Assembly: GCA_963776345.1 (NCBI GenBank)
Contig: CAVZMH010000022.1
Span: forward strand, 539,415-603,414
DNA: 64,000 nucleotides
Direction: 5' to 3'
From: an uncultured delta proteobacterium
GTDB taxonomy: Bacteria > Myxococcota > Myxococcia > Myxococcales > Myxococcaceae
Positions 18,817 to 28,623 of this stretch are shown in pieces. Numbering within the stretch: position 1 is the stretch's first letter; every line of letters starts with the position of its first letter. The position numbers and the translations under genes were made by a program. The notes under the pieces were generated by a model. That model was not told where the DNA came from. It worked only from the letters and a program-made list of their open reading frames with translations, and searched no databases.

Positions 18817-19521
18817 TCAGGTCGGCGCCGACCAGTCGCCGCCCGTCGGCCGGAGCACCAGCTCGTGCGTCCAGGCGTCGGGCCCCTGCGCGTGCAGGAA
18901 GGCACAGGCCTCGGCGATCGCCTCCGGCGAGATGAGCCGCTCGGCGCCGAACCCGGCGGCCCGCGTCCGCTCCGAGGCGATGGGCCCGTCGATGGGGAGG
19001 TAGGCGACGTGAACGCCGCGCGCGCGCCACTCGCGGGCGGCGACCTGGACCAGCGCCCGCAGCGCGTGCTGCGCGGCTCCGAGCGCAGCGAAGCCCTCCT
19101 TGCTGCGCACGCCGGAGGAGGTGCCGATCTGGAGGAAGCTGCCGCGGCCGCGGGCGAGCATCGCCGGTCCCACCGCCCTCAAGAGATTCCAGGTGCCCTG
19201 CGGGTACGCGGCGAGCGACTGCGCCAGCTCGGCCTCGGGGATCTCCAGCAGCGGGAGCGCGCCGAACCGGCCGCCCACCGTCTGCGCGACGATCACCAGA
19301 TCCGGCGGATCCTCGCCGAAGCGGGCCAGCGACTCGGGTCTCCGGAGATCGCAGACCGCCGCGACCCCCTGGCCTCCGGCGGCCGTCACGTCCCGGGCGA
19401 GCGCCTCGACGTCGGCGGCCGTGCGCGAGGCGCACAGCACGCGCCACCCCTTGGGTGCGAAATGGAGAGCCACCGTGCGTCCGAGCTTCCGGACGCCGAC
19501 GATCAACAGCGTCTCGCTCAT
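18817..19521 (-). CDS. SDR family oxidoreductase (atypical)
   Basis: IVGVRKLG, ALRALVQVAARE, GVHVAYLPIDGPI, AWTHELVLRP; canonical YxxxK absent. Confidence 0.8.
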   Translation of the reverse strand: MSETLLIVGVRKLGRTVALHFAPKGWRVLCASRTAADVEALARDVTAAGGQGVAAVCDLRRPESLARFGEDPPDLVIVAQTVGGRFGALPLLEIPEAELAQSLAAYPQGTWNLLRAVGPAMLARGRGSFLQIGTSSGVRSKEGFAALGAAQHALRALVQVAAREWRARGVHVAYLPIDGPIASERTRAAGFGAERLISPEAIAEACAFLHAQGPDAWTHELVLRPTGGDWSAPT

Positions 19522-19541
19522 CGAGGAGTCCGCCCCCCGGG

Positions 19542-19784
19542 TCAGCGGAGCGAGTCGCGCAGGGTCTTCAGGCGACTCAGCGCCTCGTCCATCAGCTTCT
19601 TCGAGGACTCCGTCGCCTGCTCGGCAGCGCGTTCGACCTTGGAGAGCTCGGGCTCGAGCTTCGCCCACTGGTCCTTCGCGTCCATCCCTGCGAGGTGGAG
19701 CTTGACCTTGATCTCGTCACGCAAGGTCCTCAGCAGATCCACGCCCTTCTTCATCTCGTTCTTCAGATCGAGCTCGTTGGCCAT
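19542..19784 (-). CDS. Small alpha-helical hypothetical protein
   Basis: 80 aa, strong RBS AGAGGAGG, LRDEIKVKLHLAGMDAKDQWAKLE. Confidence 0.8.
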   Translation of the reverse strand: MANELDLKNEMKKGVDLLRTLRDEIKVKLHLAGMDAKDQWAKLEPELSKVERAAEQATESSKKLMDEALSRLKTLRDSLR

Positions 19785-19831
19785 GTTCGAGCCTCCTCTT
19801 CTGAGTCATAACCTCGGCCGAGAGGAAGTCC

Positions 19832-20719
19832 ATGACCTTCGAGAAACTCCCGGGGATCCTGTTGGTCATCGACCCGCGCCCGCGTGACCTCGGCGGCTTC
19901 TCGGTGCGGAGGCTCCTTCCGGCGGCCGGGAGCCGCATGGTCGGGCCGTTCATCTTCCTCGACCACATGGGCCCGGCGGTCATGGAGCGCGGCTCGGGAC
20001 TGGACGTGCGTCCGCACCCGCACATCGCGCTGGCGACGGTGACCTACCTGTTCGAGGGGGAGATCATCCACCGCGACAGCCTGGGCACCGAGCGCCCCAT
20101 CCAAACCGGGGACGTGAACTGGATGCTCGCCGGACGCGGCATCGCGCACTCGGAGCGGAGCAGCCCCGAGCAGCGGGCGCGTGGCGTGCGGCTCCACGGC
20201 ATCCAGAGCTGGGTGGCGCTCCCCACCGCGCACGAGGAGGACGCGCCGGCGTTCGCGCATCATCCGGCGAGCACGCTTCCGGGGCTCGAGCGCGACGGCG
20301 CGCGGCTGACCGTCATCGCCGGAACGGCGTACGGCGTCGAGTCGCCGGTCGGCGTGCTGTCGCCCACGCTGTACGTCGACGCGCGGCTCGAGCCCGGCGC
20401 ACCGCTCAAGGTCGACGCGACGCACCCCCAGCGGGCGGTGCACGTGGTGGAGGGCCGGGTGCAGATCGGCACCCGTCGGCTCGGTCCGGGGGTGATGGCG
20501 ATTCTCCGGCCCGATGCAGACGTGGTCGTCGCGGCGGACGGACCCGCCCGGGTCATGCTGCTCGGCGGGGCTCCGCTCGAGGGAGAACGGCACATCTGGT
20601 GGAACTTCGTCTCCAGCTCGAAGGAACGCATCGAGCGGGCGAAGGACGACTGGAGGAACGGCCGGTTCGCCAAGGTGAGAGGGGACGAGAATGAGCTCAT
20701 CCCCCTGCCCGAGCGCTGA
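19832..20719 (+). CDS. Pirin family protein
   Basis: GPFIFLDHMG, RPHPHIALATVTYLFEG, GIAHSE, WWNFVSS. Confidence 0.93.
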   Translation: MTFEKLPGILLVIDPRPRDLGGFSVRRLLPAAGSRMVGPFIFLDHMGPAVMERGSGLDVRPHPHIALATVTYLFEGEIIHRDSLGTERPIQTGDVNWMLAGRGIAHSERSSPEQRARGVRLHGIQSWVALPTAHEEDAPAFAHHPASTLPGLERDGARLTVIAGTAYGVESPVGVLSPTLYVDARLEPGAPLKVDATHPQRAVHVVEGRVQIGTRRLGPGVMAILRPDADVVVAADGPARVMLLGGAPLEGERHIWWNFVSSSKERIERAKDDWRNGRFAKVRGDENELIPLPER

Positions 20720-20721
20720 TC

Positions 20722-22344
20722 TCAGAGGACGCGCGGAGGTCGGAGCCGGTCGTGGAGATCCTGCTCGAGCTGCTGGAGCGCGTCGGGAGCGGGGAGGTTC
20801 GCGTCGACGACGACGTGGGCCCAGTCCCCGAGCGTCACTGGCTCCCAGCGGGCCTTCTGGGCGAGGTAGACGTCCCAGCCGGCGTCGGACACCGCGCCAG
20901 GCTCTCCAGACCGTGCCTCCAGGCGAGCGCGGATGACGTCGTCCGACGCCCGGACCTCCGCCAGAAGGAAGAGGCCACCGTGCGCCCGCGCGGCCGAGGC
21001 GAGAACCTCGCGCTGCCACGCGGCCTGCGCCGTTGCGTCGACGATGACGCACTTGCCCTGGTCGAGCGCCGCGCCGGCATCGGAGGCGAGCCGCTCGTAC
21101 GTCCGCCGGGTCGCCTCGGCCGAGTAGAGCCCGGTGTCGAGGGCGGTCGCGGCGCTTTCCTGTGGCCGGAGGCCGTGCAGCCCCTTCCGCACCACGTCGG
21201 AGGAGAGCACCTCCCACCCGCGCCGGCGACCGAGCTCGTTCGCCAGCGTCGACTTGCCGCTCCCCGAGAGCCCGGAGACGACCAGCAGCAGCGGGGGCAG
21301 GTCCTCGCTCGCCGCATCGCAGGCAACGCCGAACGCGCGTCGGGCCATCCGCGCGGCCTCCTCGCGGTCCGCGGGCGAGACCTCCGGCTCCTCCGCCCGG
21401 AGACTCTCCACCTTCCCCCGGACGCACGCCCGGTAGCACACGTAGAACGGCAGCAGCCGGCGCAGCGCCGGGTCTCTCGAGCGCGCCACGTAGCGCTGGA
21501 CGAACGCGTCGGCGAGGTCCGGGCGCATCCGGAGCCGCAGGTCCATCGCCAGGAAGGCGACGTCCGAGGCGACGTCCGAGCAGCGAAAGCGGGCGCTGAA
21601 GTCCAGGCAGTCGAAGATGGTGAGGGGTTCGGTGAAGCAGACCGAGGACGTGCGGAGGTCCCCGTGTCCGTCGCGGATCCGTCCCTGCGCGACCCGCTCC
21701 TCGAGCTTCCGTCGCTTGCGGACCGTCCAGGCCGCGGACACCGCGCGCAGGTATCCGTCCTGGATCGGGGTGAGCGTCTTGCCGAGGAACGGCGTCACCT
21801 GGGCGAAGTGGTCGTCCCAGAGCCGCTGCACGGCCTCGGGCGTGCCGAACGCGGCGACCTGCGGCCCGGCGTCCGCGCTGGCGTGGAACGGAGCGAGCAC
21901 CTCGGCCACCTGCTCCACCATCTCGCGGGTGAGCGCCCGCGCCTGGAGCAGCCGGTCCATCATCCGGTCGTCGGGGAGCCGCCGCATCTGCACCGCGTAC
22001 TCGACCGCCGCGCCGCTTCCGCCGACCGTGAGCCCCTGCGGCCCGCGGGTGATCGAGACCACCCCGAGGTAGAGGTCCGGGCTGAGCCGCCGGTTCAGCG
22101 CCACCTCCTGCGCGCACATCGCAGCCCGCCGCTCGAGCTTGTGGGCATCGAGGAAGTCGAAGTGGACCGGCTTCTTCACCTTGTAGGCGAACGGGCCGGC
22201 GAGGAAGATCACCGAGACGTGGGTCTGGATGACGGTCACCCCGTCGACCGGGTGCGGGTAGGCCTCGGGCCGGGCGAGCGAGGCGAGCACCTCGGCCAGA
22301 TGGGCAGCCGTGGAGTCCGGAGGCACGCCGGCACCATCGCACAC
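20722..22344 (-). CDS. Bifunctional aminoglycoside-phosphotransferase-like / P-loop kinase (Rv2004c-like); start approximate
   Basis: QTHVSVIFL, YKVKKPV, DGHGDL, FDCLDF, Walker A GLSGSGKS, SSDVVRK. Confidence 0.88.
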   Translation of the reverse strand: MCDGAGVPPDSTAAHLAEVLASLARPEAYPHPVDGVTVIQTHVSVIFLAGPFAYKVKKPVHFDFLDAHKLERRAAMCAQEVALNRRLSPDLYLGVVSITRGPQGLTVGGSGAAVEYAVQMRRLPDDRMMDRLLQARALTREMVEQVAEVLAPFHASADAGPQVAAFGTPEAVQRLWDDHFAQVTPFLGKTLTPIQDGYLRAVSAAWTVRKRRKLEERVAQGRIRDGHGDLRTSSVCFTEPLTIFDCLDFSARFRCSDVASDVAFLAMDLRLRMRPDLADAFVQRYVARSRDPALRRLLPFYVCYRACVRGKVESLRAEEPEVSPADREEAARMARRAFGVACDAASEDLPPLLLVVSGLSGSGKSTLANELGRRRGWEVLSSDVVRKGLHGLRPQESAATALDTGLYSAEATRRTYERLASDAGAALDQGKCVIVDATAQAAWQREVLASAARAHGGLFLLAEVRASDDVIRARLEARSGEPGAVSDAGWDVYLAQKARWEPVTLGDWAHVVVDANLPAPDALQQLEQDLHDRLRPPRVL

Positions 22345-22369
22345 CGGGGCGCGGCCGGTGACCCGGGGC

Positions 22370-22840
22370 TCAGCGCGGCCGGCTGAGCTCCATCACCCAG
22401 TTGGTCTCCCAGTCCCCTCCGTCGAGCGAGAAGGCCTGCTCCCAGTGCGCGCGATCGCCGGCGCGACGCTCCCAGATGAAGCGGACCTGGACGGGGCGGC
22501 CGCCCTCGGAGTCCTCGCCGTAGAAGAGCCCCCGGTCGCCGCTGAAGCCGCCGAACACCGGCGGGAAGAGCACCGCCCGGCGGCTGTCCGTCCAGTAGAT
22601 GGCCCAGCGGCGCTCCTGCACGTCGAACAGCCGGACGGTCATCCCGGTGAAGCCGCGGGTGGGGAACTCGATCTCGTCGACGTTGACCAGGCTGCCCAGG
22701 CGGCGCTCGAAGCGCGAGCTGGCGGGGAACTCCTCCCAGACGTGGTCTCCGGACAGCCGGCTCCGGAGGAAGCGGTTGTGGATGGTCCAGCTGCCGTCGA
22801 GGAAGTCGAAGTCGTGCAGGTCACCGGTGGGGAGCTGCAT
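22370..22840 (-). CDS. Hypothetical beta-barrel protein (DUF1579-like)
   Basis: HDFDFLDGSW...WEQAFSLDGGDWETNWVM. Confidence 0.8.
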   Translation of the reverse strand: MQLPTGDLHDFDFLDGSWTIHNRFLRSRLSGDHVWEEFPASSRFERRLGSLVNVDEIEFPTRGFTGMTVRLFDVQERRWAIYWTDSRRAVLFPPVFGGFSGDRGLFYGEDSEGGRPVQVRFIWERRAGDRAHWEQAFSLDGGDWETNWVMELSRPR

Positions 22841-22891
22841 CTCAAGTCTCCCAGCCCTCGAAGTCGCGCACGTCGGCGAGGGCGCGGCTCG

Positions 22892-23605
22892 TCACCACAG
22901 GCTCGACCGCGGGGTGGGACGGAGGACGAGCTGCTCGGGCTCTGCCCTCAGCCTGCTGCGGAGCGCCGGGCCGACGTCGTCGGCCCAGTGGAGGTCCGCG
23001 GCGAGGAGGGCCAGGTGCCTTCTCAGCGCGCGCTCGTCTCGCAGGACCGAGATGCAGACCAGGACGTCGGCGTCGGCCCGGACCGGAAGCCGCGGGAAGT
23101 CGTTCACCGCGCCCTCCGTCTCCAGCCAGGCCACGGGGGAGGCCCCCGTGCCCTCGAGGACCGGCCGGACGCGCTCTCGAAAGAAGCGAGCGAGGTCGTC
23201 GGCGCCGGGGGCGCGGTGGAAGATGCGGACCAGCACCCTGCTCGCGCCGGGCTCTCCGATCGCCCCGCGGGCGCGCCGGGGAAAGCCATCCACCGGATGC
23301 AGGGGACGGAGGAGCAGGACGTCGTCCGAGTCGACCATCGTCGCGTTCGCCGCGTCCCGGTGCGTCCGCCAGACCCGCCCGTCGTAGAAGGCGGAGAGCG
23401 ACTCCCGCCGGCCCGCCATGTCCTGGAAGCCGCGGAACCACACGAAGCGCTCCGGACGATCCAGGTCCTCGAACTGGCCGAGGACGCGGATCCTCGCCGC
23501 CTCCTGGGCCTCGATGAACTCCCGCTCGAAGAGCTGGACGAGCTCGCCCCGGCGTCCAGGGTGGAGCGTGTACTGGCGGAGCTCGACGACGGAGCAGGGA
23601 ACCAT
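22892..23605 (-). CDS. NIPSNAP family protein
   Basis: VVELRQYTLHPG...FVWFRGF...AANATMVDSDDVLLLRP...LRPTPRS. Confidence 0.85.
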   Translation of the reverse strand: MVPCSVVELRQYTLHPGRRGELVQLFEREFIEAQEAARIRVLGQFEDLDRPERFVWFRGFQDMAGRRESLSAFYDGRVWRTHRDAANATMVDSDDVLLLRPLHPVDGFPRRARGAIGEPGASRVLVRIFHRAPGADDLARFFRERVRPVLEGTGASPVAWLETEGAVNDFPRLPVRADADVLVCISVLRDERALRRHLALLAADLHWADDVGPALRSRLRAEPEQLVLRPTPRSSLW

Positions 23606-23648
23606 GCCCGGCACCCTGCACCGGCGCTGGTATGCTACTCAAGGCCAG

Positions 23649-25142
23649 ATGAGGACAATTGCACCAGACCAGAATCGGACGCTGGCCAGCCTCCTCCTGA
23701 AGGTGGACCGGAAGACGTCGGCGCCCCTGCACGCGCAGATCGATCAGGCGCTCCGTGGCCGCATCCTGTCCGGTGCGGTGGCGCCGGGGACGCGGCTCCC
23801 GCCGTCGAGGACGCTCGCCGCCGAGCTCGGGGTGGCGCGCACCACGGTGCTGCAGGCCCTGGAGGCGCTCCAGGCGGAGGGGTACCTGGTCACCGCGCCG
23901 AGGTCGGGGGTGCGGGTCGCGCCCGAGCTCCCCTCCGAGGGTCTCTCTCCGCTGCCGGTCGGCGCCGCGCGGCACGCGTCGCCTCCCCGGCTCTCGCGGG
24001 CCGCCCGGGCGCTCCGGTCGACCGCCACTGGCGCTCCCCGGCTCGGGCCGGCGCCGCGCGCCTTCCGTCCCGGCCTGCCCGCGCTCGACCTGTTCCCGGT
24101 CGCGCTCTGGTCCCGTGTCGTCGCCCGGGCGCAGGCAGGGGCCAGCGCGCGGCTGCTGGAAGGGGGTGACTCCGCAGGACACCCCGGTCTGCGCCGGGCC
24201 ATCGCCGAGCACGTGGTGGCCGCCCGCGGCGCCCGCTGCGGCCCGGAGCAGGTCTTCATCAGCGGAGGAACGCAGCAGGCCTTCGAGGAGGTGCTGCGGC
24301 TGGTGGTCGATCCAGGAGACCCGGTGTGGCTCGAGGACCCGGGGTACCTCGGCGCGCGCCGGGCGGTGCTGGGCGCCTCGGCGCAGCCCGTCCCGGTCCC
24401 GGTCGATGCCGAGGGGCTCGACGTCGAGGCCGGCATCGCCCGGTCGCCGCGGGCCCGGCTCGCCATCCTCGCGCCGTCGCACCAGTACCCGCTGGGGGTC
24501 ACGCTCTCGCTGCCGCGGCGGATGGCGCTCCTCCGCTGGGCGGCAGAGCGGCGCGCGGTGATCCTCGAGGACGACTACGACAGCGAGTTCCGCCACCGCG
24601 GTCGTCCGCTCACCGCGCTCCAGGGCCTCGATGACGCCGGCCGCGTCCTCTACGTGGGCACGTTCAGCAAGACCATGTTCCCCGGTCTGCGGCTCGGCTA
24701 CCTCGTCGTCCCGCCGGCGCTGGTGGAGGTGTTCGCCGCGGCGCGCGCCTCGCTCCCCGCGCCGGCGTCCGCCCTGGAGCAGGCCGCGCTCGCCGCCTTC
24801 ATGGACCAGGGCCACTTCGCCCGGCACCTCCGCCGGATGCGCGGCGTGTACCGCGAGCGGTCCGAGGTGCTGCTCGAGGCGCTGCGCACCCGGTGCGCCG
24901 GCATGCTGGAGCCGAGCCCCTGCGACACCGGGATGCAGCTCTGCGCGATGCTCCCGCCCGGCGTCTCCGACGTGCGGATCCGCGACCGCGCGGCGCGGCT
25001 CGGGGTCGAGGTGGCGCCGCTCTCGGACTATGGATTCGGCCGGCAGCGCCGCGGCGGCCTGGTGTTCGGGTTCGGGGCGGTCCGTCCCGCGGCGATCCGC
25101 GCCGGCGTGGAGACGATCCAGCGCGCGCTCGAGCCGGGCTGA
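23649..25142 (+). CDS. MocR/GabR family regulator (GntR HTH + PLP aminotransferase domain)
   Basis: [55 protein letters not shown]; divergent from NIPSNAP. Confidence 0.92.
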   Translation: MRTIAPDQNRTLASLLLKVDRKTSAPLHAQIDQALRGRILSGAVAPGTRLPPSRTLAAELGVARTTVLQALEALQAEGYLVTAPRSGVRVAPELPSEGLSPLPVGAARHASPPRLSRAARALRSTATGAPRLGPAPRAFRPGLPALDLFPVALWSRVVARAQAGASARLLEGGDSAGHPGLRRAIAEHVVAARGARCGPEQVFISGGTQQAFEEVLRLVVDPGDPVWLEDPGYLGARRAVLGASAQPVPVPVDAEGLDVEAGIARSPRARLAILAPSHQYPLGVTLSLPRRMALLRWAAERRAVILEDDYDSEFRHRGRPLTALQGLDDAGRVLYVGTFSKTMFPGLRLGYLVVPPALVEVFAAARASLPAPASALEQAALAAFMDQGHFARHLRRMRGVYRERSEVLLEALRTRCAGMLEPSPCDTGMQLCAMLPPGVSDVRIRDRAARLGVEVAPLSDYGFGRQRRGGLVFGFGAVRPAAIRAGVETIQRALEPG

Positions 25143-25266
25143 GCGCGCCGGTGGTCTCGCCCCCGTCCCGCCTTCCGGGCCCCGCGCCGGCCGAGCTGAC
25201 AGGTCACTGCAAGCACCGGCTGTGACTGGCGCGCGACCGCGGGGAGGCCGCTACACTCCCCGCTCC

Positions 25267-26226
25267 ATGCCGGACACCACCATCGACAGCGCGCAGCTCG
25301 AGCGCCACCGCCCCGCCCTCACCGGGCACTGCTACCGGATGCTCGGCTCTCCGGAGGAGGCGGACGACGCGGTCCAGGAGACCTTGGTCCGCGCCTGGCG
25401 CAGCCTGGATCGGTTCGAGCAGCGCTCCTCGCTCCGCACCTGGCTGTACAGCATCGCCACCCGGGTGTGCCTCGATGCGCTCGGCGAGCGGGCGCGCCGC
25501 ATCCGACCGATGGAGCTCGGGCCCGTCGGCACGGTGAACGACGAGCTGTGCACCCGGGCCGCCGGGGAGTTCATCGAGCCCGTTCCCGAGTCACAGGCCA
25601 TCCCCGCGGACTCCGACCCGGCCGAGCGCGCCATCCTCCGCCAGAGCATCCGGCTCGCCTTCATGGCCGCGCTCCAGCACCTGCCTCCACGGCAGCGGGC
25701 CGCGCTGCTGCTCATGGAGGTGCTCGGCTGTTCCGCCGCCGAGGTGGCGGACACGCTCGACATGTCGGTGCCGGCGGTGAACAGCGCCATCCAGCGCGCC
25801 CGGGCCACGCTGGAGGCGCGCCAGCTCCAGGCCGAGGCGGTGGCCCCGGAGGTCGATCCCGAGCTGGTGCACCGCTACGTCGAGGCGTTCGAGCGGTATG
25901 ACATGGAGGCGCTCACCGCGCTCCTCCACCAGGACGTGGTGATGTCGATGCCGCCGTACGCGCTGTGGCTGCGCGGTCCGCAGGCGGTGAGCGACTGGAT
26001 GCTCGGCCGCGGCGTCGGCTGCCGGGGCTCGCGCCTGGTGCCCACCGCGGCGAACGGCGCGCCGGCGTTCGGCCAGTTCCGGTCCAGCGGCCCGGGGAAG
26101 GGCTTCCACGCCTGGGGGCTGGTGGTGCTCGAGGTGGCCGATGGGCGCGTCGCCGGCCTCAACACCTTCCTCGACACCGAGCGGCTGTTCCCGCGCTTCG
26201 GTCTCCCCCTGCGGCTCCCGGCGTAG
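25267..26226 (+). CDS. ECF sigma-70 factor with C-terminal SnoaL-like domain (SigG/ECF56-like)
   Basis: [58 protein letters not shown]. Confidence 0.9.
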   Translation: MPDTTIDSAQLERHRPALTGHCYRMLGSPEEADDAVQETLVRAWRSLDRFEQRSSLRTWLYSIATRVCLDALGERARRIRPMELGPVGTVNDELCTRAAGEFIEPVPESQAIPADSDPAERAILRQSIRLAFMAALQHLPPRQRAALLLMEVLGCSAAEVADTLDMSVPAVNSAIQRARATLEARQLQAEAVAPEVDPELVHRYVEAFERYDMEALTALLHQDVVMSMPPYALWLRGPQAVSDWMLGRGVGCRGSRLVPTAANGAPAFGQFRSSGPGKGFHAWGLVVLEVADGRVAGLNTFLDTERLFPRFGLPLRLPA

Positions 26227-26247
26227 CCCCAGGCGGTCGGGTGGACC

Positions 26248-26273
26248 GATGAGTTCTCGCGGGCCCCGGCGTC
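26248..26273 (+). promoter_or_regulatory. Candidate ECF promoter GATGAG-N16-CGTC
   Basis: Lies between the ECF sigma stop and the VOC start; bipartite motif with CGTC -10 and 16-bp spacer. Confidence 0.45.
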
Positions 26274-26307
26274 TCAAAGGGCAAATTCGCAGCACCGGAG
26301 ACCCGCC

Positions 26308-26727
26308 ATGCCCGTCAAGAATCCCCGGAAGATCTTCGTCAACATCCCGGTGAAGGACCTCGGGAGGTCGATGACCTTCTTCGAGGGGCTGGGATTCTCG
26401 TTCAACCCGCAGTTCACCGACGACAGCGCCGCCTGCATGGTGCTCAGCGAGGACGGCTACTTCATGCTCCTCACCGAGCCGCGCTTCCGCGAGTTCAGCA
26501 AGAAGCAGATCTGCGACACCCGGACCCACAACGAGGGGCTGTTCGCGATCGCGGTGAACAGTCGCGCCGAGGTGGACGACCTGGTGAAGAAGGCCGTCAC
26601 CACCGGCGGGAAGCACGCGGTCGATCCGATGGATCACGGCTTCATGTACGGCTGGAGCTTCCTCGACCCTGACGGGCACCACTGGGAGGTGTTCTGGATG
26701 GATCCGGCGCACGTTCAGAAGACCTGA
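26308..26727 (+). CDS. VOC/glyoxalase family protein
   Basis: IFVNIPVKDL..SMTFF..LGF.FNPQF; DHGFMYGWSFLDPDGHHWE. Confidence 0.92.
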   Translation: MPVKNPRKIFVNIPVKDLGRSMTFFEGLGFSFNPQFTDDSAACMVLSEDGYFMLLTEPRFREFSKKQICDTRTHNEGLFAIAVNSRAEVDDLVKKAVTTGGKHAVDPMDHGFMYGWSFLDPDGHHWEVFWMDPAHVQKT

Positions 26728-26763
26728 GCGGCGTCCGCGGCGTCGCCCTTCAGGCCCGCGGGG

Positions 26764-27243
26764 TCAGTCCCACCAGGCGCCGTTCGGCACGCGGTGGCGG
26801 AGCGGCATGCGGTCCGCGCGGAGCAGCAGCGGCTTCACGAGTTCCTGGCCAAGGGCCCGGCGGAGATCGCGGTCGACCGGAGCCCAGGCCAGACGCAGGA
26901 ACTCGAGCGTCGAGCATCCTGCCGCGGTCAGGCGCCAGCGGGCGCGGCGGCCGCGGAAGAACGACTCGAGCTGGCCGCGCTCGGCGAGCCGGGTGACCGC
27001 GCGGCTCACCGCCGACGGGTTCAGGTGCAGGGTCCGGGCGAGCGGCATCTGCGCTCCCGGATCCGTGGCCAGCGCCACGAGGAGATGGAAGTCGGTGATC
27101 GTCGCGTCGTGGACCATCAGCGCCCGGGCCAGCTCGAGGCTCGCGAAGCGGCTGAGCAGACGGAGCGCGGCGCAGACGCAGACGTCCGCCAGCTCGGACG
27201 TCGCGTGAGGCCCGTGCCCGGGAAGTCGAGGCGCGGCATGCAT
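26764..27243 (-). CDS. MarR-like winged-helix regulator
   Basis: CVCAALR..., TITDFHLL, LARTLHLNPSAVSRAVTRLAERG, WRLTAAG; ATG at 27243. Confidence 0.65.
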   Translation of the reverse strand: MHAAPRLPGHGPHATSELADVCVCAALRLLSRFASLELARALMVHDATITDFHLLVALATDPGAQMPLARTLHLNPSAVSRAVTRLAERGQLESFFRGRRARWRLTAAGCSTLEFLRLAWAPVDRDLRRALGQELVKPLLLRADRMPLRHRVPNGAWWD

Positions 27244-27257
27244 GGAACGGTGGCCGG

Positions 27258-27273
27258 TGCGATGAACGTGCCA
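27258..27273 (-). promoter_or_regulatory. Candidate sigma54 (-24/-12) promoter of the MarR-like gene
   Basis: Minus strand reads TGGCACGTTCATCGCA: GG-N10-GC. Confidence 0.5.
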
Positions 27274-27410
27274 GCAACGTGGCCGCGCCCGACGAGTCCA
27301 GCTCGGCGCTTCCCGCGACCGCCGCGCCAGGCCCTCGAGCGCACCGCATGCGAGCGGGCGGCCCTCCGGGAGCATGCGGAGGCGTCCGGAGCGCGCCGGG
27401 GGGACCCAGC

Positions 27411-27560
27411 CCGGAGCAATCGTGGACATAGCAACTTCAGGGTCGCTGCTCCTCGGTCCGTCGAAACCGCTCCCTGAGGTTTCAACAGCTTGGACCGACG
27501 ATGGCGTCCAGAGATACGGACCTCTGACATGCGAAGTTGCTATGTCCACGATTGCTCCGG
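27411..27560. repeat. Perfect 28-bp inverted repeat flanking a 94-bp spacer
   Basis: CCGGAGCAATCGTGGACATAGCAACTTC (27411-27438) is the exact reverse complement of 27533-27560. Confidence 0.92.
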
Positions 27561-27678
27561 ACTCGGTCGCCCCCCCCCGCGGGCCCGACCGCGGGTCCGA
27601 GGTCGAGGACGCCCGGAGCCAACCGCCCGCCCGGCAGTTTTCGGTCCCCCGCGAGCGGCCGAGCACAGCCACTCGGTC

Positions 27679-27943
27679 CCTGTCGAGCCGGCCGAGCGAA
27701 GCCTCTCGGTCCGTTCGTGAGTCGGTGGCACGCGGCCTCTCGGTCTGTCGGTGAACCTGTCGAGCCGGCCGAGCGAGGCCTCTCGGTCCGTTCGTGAGTC
27801 GGTGGTGCACGGCCTCTTGGTCCGTCGATGAGCCTGGCGAGCCGCGCGAGCGCAACCTCTCGGTCCGCTGGTGAGTCGGCGGCGCACGGCCTCTCGGTCC
27901 GTCGGTGAGCCTGCCGAGCCGGCCGAGCGCAACCTCTCGGTCC
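27679..27943. repeat. 77-bp tandem repeat, about 3.4 copies
   Basis: Units start at 27679, 27756, 27833 and 27910 (CCTGnCGAGCC...). Each unit holds two CCTCTCGGTC sub-repeats. Confidence 0.9.
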
Positions 27944-28077
27944 AGCGGGTCAGCGGCGGGGTCCGCACACACCGGGAGCGTTCGCCGTTCCGGACCGAGG
28001 ACCGCATGCGGCGGGCGGTGACCTTCCTGCAGCAAGCCGGCGAAGAAGTTCCGGCCGTCCGGGGCATCCTGACCTCC

Positions 28078-28542
28078 ATGATCGAGCCGCCCCGCATCGT
28101 CACGCTCTCCGCCCGTCCGATCGCCGTCATCCCCCTGCTCATCCCGAGGGAGCAGATGCCGCAGGTCTTCGGCCCCGCGGTGGGAGAGCTCGTGTCCACG
28201 GTCCAGGCACAGAAGCTGGGGCCGACGGGGCCGGTGTTCGCGCACCACCTCCGGATGGTCCCGGGCCGGTGGGACTTCGAGCTCGGGGTCCCGGTCTCCG
28301 CGCCGGTGAAGCCGTCCGGCCGGGTGACGCCGGGCACGTGGCGGGCGATGCGGGCGGCGCGCACCGTCCACCACGGCGGGTACGAGGGCCTGCCTGGGGC
28401 CTGGCCCGAGCTGGAGCGGTGGATCGCGGCGAAGGGGCTCGCCGAGGCAGAGGACTTCTGGGAGGTCTACACCGTGGCCCCGGACTCGGCGTCCGACCCG
28501 GCGGAGTACCGGACCGAGCTGATCCGTCCGCTCCGCGATTGA
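28078..28542 (+). CDS. GyrI-like small-molecule-binding domain protein
   Basis: PTGPVFAHH, DFELGVPV, ARTVHHGGYEGLPGAW, WEVY, YRTELIRPL. Confidence 0.85.
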   Translation: MIEPPRIVTLSARPIAVIPLLIPREQMPQVFGPAVGELVSTVQAQKLGPTGPVFAHHLRMVPGRWDFELGVPVSAPVKPSGRVTPGTWRAMRAARTVHHGGYEGLPGAWPELERWIAAKGLAEAEDFWEVYTVAPDSASDPAEYRTELIRPLRD

Positions 28543-28558
28543 CCCGCCCGGGCGCCGC

Positions 28559-28588
28559 TTGCAGATGGTTACGTCTTGAGTTAACCAT
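28559..28588 (+). promoter_or_regulatory. Promoter/operator of VOC-ArsR-SRPBCC operon
   Basis: TTGCAG-N17-TAACCA overlapped by the inverted repeat ATGGTTA-N10-TAACCAT (28565-28588). Confidence 0.55.
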
Positions 28589-28623
28589 TACCTCCATCGG
28601 CAACGACGCTGGAGGTCGCCCAG

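Noticed and set aside
23620..23675. MocR operator (CTGG/CCAG and CCAGA repeats)
   Set aside because: Plausible from position, but the motifs are only 4-5 bp and the regulator start is uncertain, so it is not supportable.
27679..27943. CRISPR array
   Set aside because: The sequences between the repeated cores are themselves repeated (no unique spacers), and there are no cas genes in the window.
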